A stretch of 57,006 nucleotides of DNA, counting the filler, from Dugesia japonica (Eukaryota): NCBI GenBank assembly GCA_001938525.1. It is 5 parts of 5 records of this genome, joined end to end, with 100 filler letters (N's around TTAATTAATTAA, not from the genome) between each part and the next. Parts side by side here need not be neighbours in the genome. Positions count along the whole stretch, not along the records: positions 40,756 to 57,006 come from MQRL01642553.1; 4 more parts are not named here. One strand, written 5' to 3'. The notes under the pieces were generated by a model. That model saw only the letters and a program-made list of their open reading frames with translations, had not been told where the DNA came from and did no database searches. A program made the position numbers and the translations under genes. Positions 50,807 through 57,006 of the stretch are shown one piece after another (positions within the stretch are counted from its first letter, which is position 1; each line of letters starts with the position of its first letter).

Positions 50807-51199
50807 ATGAATTACAATTCTTTCAATTTTATTTTAAAAGATGCTCTAAATGAAGAATCAAAAAATCTTTTAAAAGAAGAAATTAAACAAGAATTTAAAA
50901 ATGAATTAGAAGAAAATAATCATTTAAAGAAATCACTAGCGGCTGTAAATTTCAAAAATCCACCTGAATTATTTTGGAAGTGGATAACTATATATAAACC
51001 TAATGATGAAAGAGGTAAATCCTTGTCAGATGAAGAAATAGATGAAGAAATTAATACAATAATCAACTATATTAAAAATTTTAACTTTACTGATATGGAT
51101 ACATATAGTATAGGTATTTTAAATTTAATAGTAAATAAAATAAATGATCCACACACAAAAAGAAGAATGATTTCCAATATGAAGGACCATATCATATAA
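50807..51199 (+). CDS. Orphan ORF; the last ~10 codons come from the junction with gypsy sequence
   Basis: 130-aa open frame after INT. From ~51175 another frame encodes the gypsy GPY motif. Confidence 0.45.
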   Translation: MNYNSFNFILKDALNEESKNLLKEEIKQEFKNELEENNHLKKSLAAVNFKNPPELFWKWITIYKPNDERGKSLSDEEIDEEINTIINYIKNFNFTDMDTYSIGILNLIVNKINDPHTKRRMISNMKDHII

Positions 51200-51470
51200 T
51201 GAAGTTCATATCAGATCGGCAAGTAGAAATTCAATTTCCTCACAGTTCAAAGTACAGACGAATAGAATGGCTAAAGACGTGGAAAGCATTTAGAAGAGAG
51301 GGAGAATTACAATGATTAACACTTTGTTTTAATATTATTTAGAAATTGTCTAATTTTGAATTATAATAAATATATATATATGAAGACTGATTTTGAAAGT
51401 AATATAAATTGACAAAAAACTTTTATAATTTAATAATAATAATATAATTAGAATTATATATACATATATA

Positions 51471-51555
51471 CAGAAGAACCTTTCTATAACGTCAAACCTC
51501 ATTATAGCGTCACTCAGTTATAGTACCGATAGGTGGTTTAAAGGAGATTCGACTG
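51471..51555. mobile_element. Short pogo/Tigger-like MITE
   Basis: TA-CAGAAGAACCT...AGATTCGACTG-TA. Confidence 0.55.
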
Positions 51556-51565
51556 TATATATATA

Positions 51566-52388
51566 CAGTTAAACCTGTCTATAAGAAACACTAGAATTGA
51601 CAAAATACAACTTGTTTGCTAAAGAGGTATAAGAAACAATTATGTAAGAACTTTTATTATCCAATGAAATTACAATACGGTTTTACTTCCTAATTATGTA
51701 ATCAAGCATTGTAAGACTTTGTGAATTTCTCTCCGACAATAGTTCATCTTTGACTTTGTATATTATGTTCAATATTTATTGAATATTTTTCAGAAAACCT
51801 TTTCTAATTTTTGAAATGATAAATATGGATCATATTGAGTTATATCGTCATTTTCAGAGGTCAAATTCTGCATTGACTCATTTAAAGAGTTATTATCAAC
51901 TAAATCTGAAATTCATGTATTAATGTTTGAAATGAAGTCATCATTGTCATATTCCAATGAATCATATTGCGTAAAGTCATTATGATAGCTGTTACAAATA
52001 CTTAGGTCTGTATAATCGATATGTGCGTTTTTGAAAGAATGGTTGAAAGATTTATTAATTACCTCAGTAGAAACTGCGTATATCATTTTAACATTTTCAA
52101 CTAAAGATTCGTAATCAGTATTTGTGATTTCAGATTCAAAAATTAAATTTGGTGACTGAATCTTTTTATAATGCTGCTTAAAAGACCAAATTACACCTTG
52201 ATCTAATGCCTGAATTTTGGAAGAAGTTTTTGGTGGTATGTACAATATATCAATATTGGAAAACTCAATCCACACAGGATAGACTGGTGCATTATCAATA
52301 ATCAAAAAAATTTTCCTTTGGTCTTTAATTAAAGACTGATTGAAAGTTTTCAACCAATGGATATTTCAAAAATATCTAAAGTCATCCA
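51566..52388 (-). mobile_element. pogo/Tigger (CENP-B-like DDE_1) transposon, 3' half
   Basis: WMT, LIIDNAP, YIPPKTSSKIQALDQGVIWSFK. TIR TA-CAGTTAAACCT at 51566. Truncated at 52389 by an AGTAG-terminated element. Confidence 0.9.
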
Positions 52389-52389
52389 G

Positions 52390-53830
52390 AGTAGGTAGAA
52401 ATAAGCGCACTGGCACAACCCCCCCAGAGACAGAAAATTTTTTGCGGTGAAAGAATATACATGTACTTAGTGGAACGATAATATGTGTGCATATGATTAC
52501 GTAATATTGGTATATGAATTTTATGTGTATTTAGCGGTACGATTAAAATAGATAAGATGTGTGCACGTGATTACGTAATCGTGGCTTAAGATTTTTACAT
52601 GTATTTAGCGAGAAAGATTTGATTACGTAACTGTTGCGCGTTTTTTGTATGTGCCTAGTTAAATCTTTTTTGTTTACGATTATATTATTTTTATTTATTC
52701 ATTTATTTTTTGATGAGTCAAATGCATTAAACTAAATTTAGTTTTTAAATTGATAGTTATTTATTATTTATTGTTTAAACGAGGTTAAATTATTTATATT
52801 TTATTTGAATTAAGTGAAATTAATTATTTTTATTTAAATTAAACAAAATAATGATTTTTTTAAAGTAAATTAGTTGAAATTAATTATTTTTGTTTAAATT
52901 AAAAGAAATTAACTANTTTTTAAGTTAAATTTCCCTCGAGGAATATTAAGATTAGTCAAGCAGTTCCATATTAATATAAACATTAGATGCTCCATCGAAC
53001 CGACATAATATTGACGTTAATACCCTCCGAGCTACCATAATATTGATATTAACATTAATTTTCTCAGGGCTGACAATATATTAACATTAATATCCGCTGA
53101 GCAGACATAATAATAACCTTGATATCNNNNNNNNNNNNNNNNNNNNNNNNNNNNNNNNNNNNNNNNNNNNNNNNNNNNNNNNNNNNNNNNNNNNNNNNNN
53201 NNNACCTACAAAGAAATTACATAAAAGTCACTAAATATTTTTTAAAAAATGCATAGAAGTAACTAAATATTTTAAGAAAATGCAAAGAAGTCAATAAATA
53301 TTCTATAAATTGCATAGAAGTCACGAAATACTTTAAGAAAATGCATGGAAATCCCTAAATATTTTATGACATTTCAAAGAGATCACTAAATAATTCATAA
53401 AATTGCTTAGGAATCATTAAAATCTTTAAGAAATTGAATAGAAGTATTTGGAAATGTATAGAAATGAAATTGATGTACAGGAAAATTAACCAATAATTCT
53501 TAGAAGTTATTAATAACTTAATAAAAGATATGTAGTGTATTGAATATTCAATGATAAAACCAAAACTTTCATTATAAAAACTAATATTTTATTGGTAAAG
53601 CCAGTATTTTCATGATTAAACCCCTGTATTTNATAAAACCCATATTTTCATGATAAAAACATTGTTTCCATGATAAATCCTATATTTACCACCACCAAAC
53701 CGACATTTTCATGATAAAACCCCTGTTTTTGTTAATGAAATCATAAATTTATCTATTGAAACTAATAATTTCAATATTGAGATCAATAATTTTAATGATA
53801 AGATTAGTATTTTCAATGTTAAGTATAATT
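52390..53830 (+). mobile_element. Left end of a non-coding Polinton-TIR-like element with minisatellites
   Basis: AGTAGGTAGAAATAAGCGCACTGGCACAACCCCCC start, three GATTACGTAA, ~32-bp TAATATTGATATTAA repeats, ~32-bp GCATAGAAGTCACTAAATA repeats and TTTCATGATAAAAC repeats. Confidence 0.6.
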
Positions 53831-54916
53831 TATAAACTTCGGCAATCATAAATCATCACATTATTTCGAAACACAAATTTTAAAATGGGAAAAAAGATCC
53901 ACAATATGAATGCAACCTGATGTTTAACTTAATTATTTAGTGTGGCATTTCCAATTTAAAATCTGTAACTAACTAATAATTTTTTCCCCTATAGAATTTA
54001 ATTTGGTAATGAAATGGTTAAATTAATTTTCCCATTAAAGAAAAGATTGGTTAAATGAAAAATCTGAGAGCAAGCTTTGCACATCTAAACAACTTTTTTT
54101 GATTAAATCAATTTTTTTGATTAGTTAAAATAATGATTAAAAATATCCATTAAATTTGCTAGTAAATCGCAGTCAATCTCAACGATATAAACGATAGTAA
54201 ATTGGCCAACTTCATGAACTTAAATGTTTATTACAAAATTTATGACTAAATTCTTTTCCATCTGTTATAAAAGAATTTTAAAATTTANTAACGATCCACC
54301 AGTAAAATGAAATAAAACAACTCATTAAAATCAACACATGTTTAAGAAAAGAATCAAATAAATCAACTTTAATGACAAATATTTTCAAAAAATAACCGTC
54401 AATTAATTTTACATGAAAAAAAAGTCAGATAAAAATTATTTCAATTTGAATTTCAGATCCCATAGGAGTTTGGAAAGGCATTAAAATTCATATTTTCAAT
54501 TATTGAATTATAAAATATTTCCATTTTTTTTTGATGTTAAATCTCTAAATTACTAATTGTTAATTAATAATTAATAAGAAAAATATGTATATGAAATTAT
54601 TTTTAACCAAGTTGAATGCCATGGGAATTAAATCTTAAATGCGGTCTTTTTGAAATTAAAATTCTTAAAATTTACGTTTTTTGAAATTAATCTTTTTTTA
54701 CACTCGAATTTCTACCAATACTTGACATTAAATCTATACAACTATGGTAATAATGCTTTTATTTTGTATATATAAATATACCATATATATGTTTGTAGAT
54801 CTATAAATATAATTACATATACATATATTCAAACAGTTAAAATTAAATATTTAATATATATATATANNNNNNNNNNNNNNNNNNNNNNNNNNNNNNNNNN
54901 NNNNNNNNNNNNNNNN

Positions 54917-55182
54917 ATTTTACATCTGACATCTAACATCTGACATCTTACATTTCGGGATTATAATCCAGATTATATTTTTGGTTTGAAGGGTACACCT
55001 GATGCTAAAAACGTATTTTACCTATTACTTACATTTTACATTTTCATCTGATATTTTACATTTTTATTATGAGATTTTTACATTTTATTCTAACATCTTA
55101 CATCTTGGGATTATAATCTGGATTATACTTTGGGTTTGAAGGGTACACCCTTGATGCTAAAAAGTATATTTCCCATTACTTA
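54917..55182. repeat. Tandem duplication, period ~150 bp
   Basis: GGGATTATAATC..GATTATA...GGTTTGAAGGGTACACC..GATGCTAAAAA occurs at ~54957 and ~55107. Confidence 0.85.
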
Positions 55183-57006
55183 TATACATATATATATATA
55201 TATATTTATAAATGGAATTTAATTGTAATTAATTATTAATTATAAAACTTATGATTTATTAAATGATTCGAAAAACGATTAGAGAAAAATAAATCGCCAA
55301 AAGATCGATTGTTAATAAGTAAAAAATTAGTTAGTATGCAATATAAAAGAATAAAACAACAACAAAAGTAGATAATCTGGAAATAAATAAATTAATTAGC
55401 TAAAATAACTATTTGCTTGTTAATAGAAATTTTGTGTTTTACTCTTGTGAAGCATACATAACTCTGGTGAAGAACAATTTTTTTTTATCATAAGTATTTA
55501 TTAACTAAATTACAAGGTTTCTAAATAAATTTTTCAATAATAAATTTTCAGCAAATTCAATAAATTTTTTAACTAAAATGAACTTATAATTGACAAATAA
55601 TAAAAATTACACTTTAAAATTTATAAAGGAAACAATATTACCTTGCTAAATTTCCAAAATAAAATACTTCCAGATAAAACTTTTTGACCAAGATTTATTT
55701 TTCAAATTTAACCCATTACAAAAAACTGACTATAATATTTTAACAAAATCTAAAAATTCCTATTTCTAATTAATCCTCACAACTCTAACTCTTCTATACA
55801 CAATAGAATAATTTTATTGTAAAATGAATACTTATTGAGATAACTTCTTAAAAGCAAGTTTGCAAAATTTCGAAAGACAGAAGTTTCATTTTCGGCTATC
55901 AAACAACAAAATTATTTAATAGTAGAAACTAGAAACGCTAAATACTAGTAAGACAATACTGAAAAAATAATACGCGTAAAGTTATTTCACGGATTTTACG
56001 ATTTCATTATTTGTGATGCCTAATATAGTCAGTGAATATTGTTTAATGATTTTTTATCAGAAATATGCATATGCTCATTGTTTGGTTTATGTGATTGGTC
56101 AAGTTGTGAATATTAAATAAAATATATTAATATTGAATGTTAATAGTCAATAATGAATGCAGAAAATAATTCTAAAATAACCTTGAAATATTAAACAGAA
56201 TTCAAAAAATCGTAATGTGAATTGTGATAAAATATTTTAATTTCAGTAGAGATTGTAATTTTTCGTGTAATCAAAAATTTTGTACATTATAATTTTGATA
56301 AAACGTTTTGATGAAATTGTAGAAAGTTAATGAAAATACCGCTAACAAGTATATTGTTGATCGATTAAAGTTTCTTTAAACAAACTTTAATCACAACTAA
56401 ATGAACACAGTGAGCGTAATTGATGTGTTAATAGATTTTATTTTAATTAATTCATATTTGCAGAGTTATCTGAAATTAAAATTTTAGCTATTTGAAGAAG
56501 TGTATGAAAATGATTTCAGAAGTCAGTAGTTAAGGGAATAGTTTGTAGGAACCGTCCATTGACAAATTAATTTATTGATATCTTCAGGGGGTCGAAAAGT
56601 GAGAAAGAAAGTGTACAAATATTTAAATAAGACAAAGTTTATGGATGATAGAATAGCAGAGACGATTATTACTTNTTACTGTTTTACTTCAAAATATCAT
56701 TTATAGTTATTATAGTTGTTAAAGCTATTTTTGAATTTTGTTTAATAAATTATGTGTGAAACTTATAGTGCTCTTAATGAAAATATATTGTCTTCGAACA
56801 AATTCCTTAGGAAAATGGTAATTGTAATTGACATTCTTAAAAGAAACTCAAGATCTATAAGAAAATAGTTTTTAAAATTAAATATGGTTAAGATAGTATA
56901 AAGTTTTAAATTTAAAAAGTTTAAACATTTTTTTTAAGTCAATCGACTTTCAGATTCCTTTTCTGGACACCTTAATCCAAAAGAAACCTGGCGAATTATT
57001 ACTTAC

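Larger units (their letters stand above)
46356..51170 (+). mobile_element. Polinton-like/adintovirus-like cassette with terminal fold-back (right end missing)
   Basis: Fold-back, ZnF ORF, three orphan ORFs, MCP, PLA2, rve integrase and an orphan ORF, all on + and compactly spaced. Confidence 0.85.
43582..51409 (+). mobile_element. Ty3/gypsy LTR element (7.8 kb) carrying an internal Polinton-like cassette
   Basis: ~103-bp LTRs at 43582-43684 and 51305-51409, TSD TGACC/TGACA, PBS TGGCGACTACG, PPT AGAAGAGAGGGAG. Gag, protease, RT and the start of RNase H precede the insert; the integrase GPY tail (YEGPYHIMKF) follows at ~51175-51300. Confidence 0.9.

Noticed and set aside
53204-53460. ~32-bp periodic arrays (also 32400-32660) as possible CRISPR-like arrays
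   Set aside because: The units are degenerate tandem copies with no unique spacers, there are no cas genes, and the context is eukaryotic.

Overview
Very AT-rich, gap-ridden eukaryotic scaffold. The (AAT)n tracts and the TE families suggest an invertebrate, plausibly a planarian flatworm; this is inference only. No intact host gene is recognisable. The window is a pile of nested, decayed mobile elements: at least six Ty3/gypsy LTR relics (two with both LTRs and 5-bp TSDs), three Penelope-like elements (two ending in minimal hammerhead ribozymes), an RLE-type non-LTR fragment, and mariner, pogo, piggyBac and hAT relics. Polinton/Maverick (adintovirus-like) material is unusually abundant: a pPolB pseudogene (1658-3064), a collinear ATPase/INT/penton/MCP/protease module (10798-14660) and a second MCP copy (6385-6960). 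The main highlight is a recurring virus-like element headed by a 125-135 bp AGTAG...CTACT fold-back terminus, seen three times (867-999, 5658-5782, 46356-46490). Two of these copies carry a clearly homologous early gene. The most complete copy (46356 to about 51170) encodes a zinc-finger protein, orphan ORFs, a divergent double jelly-roll MCP and an in-frame PLA2-integrase. It lies co-oriented inside an LTR- and TSD-bounded gypsy element, in place of that element's RNase H C-terminus and integrase core. All calls come from reading motifs by eye; no searches were run.
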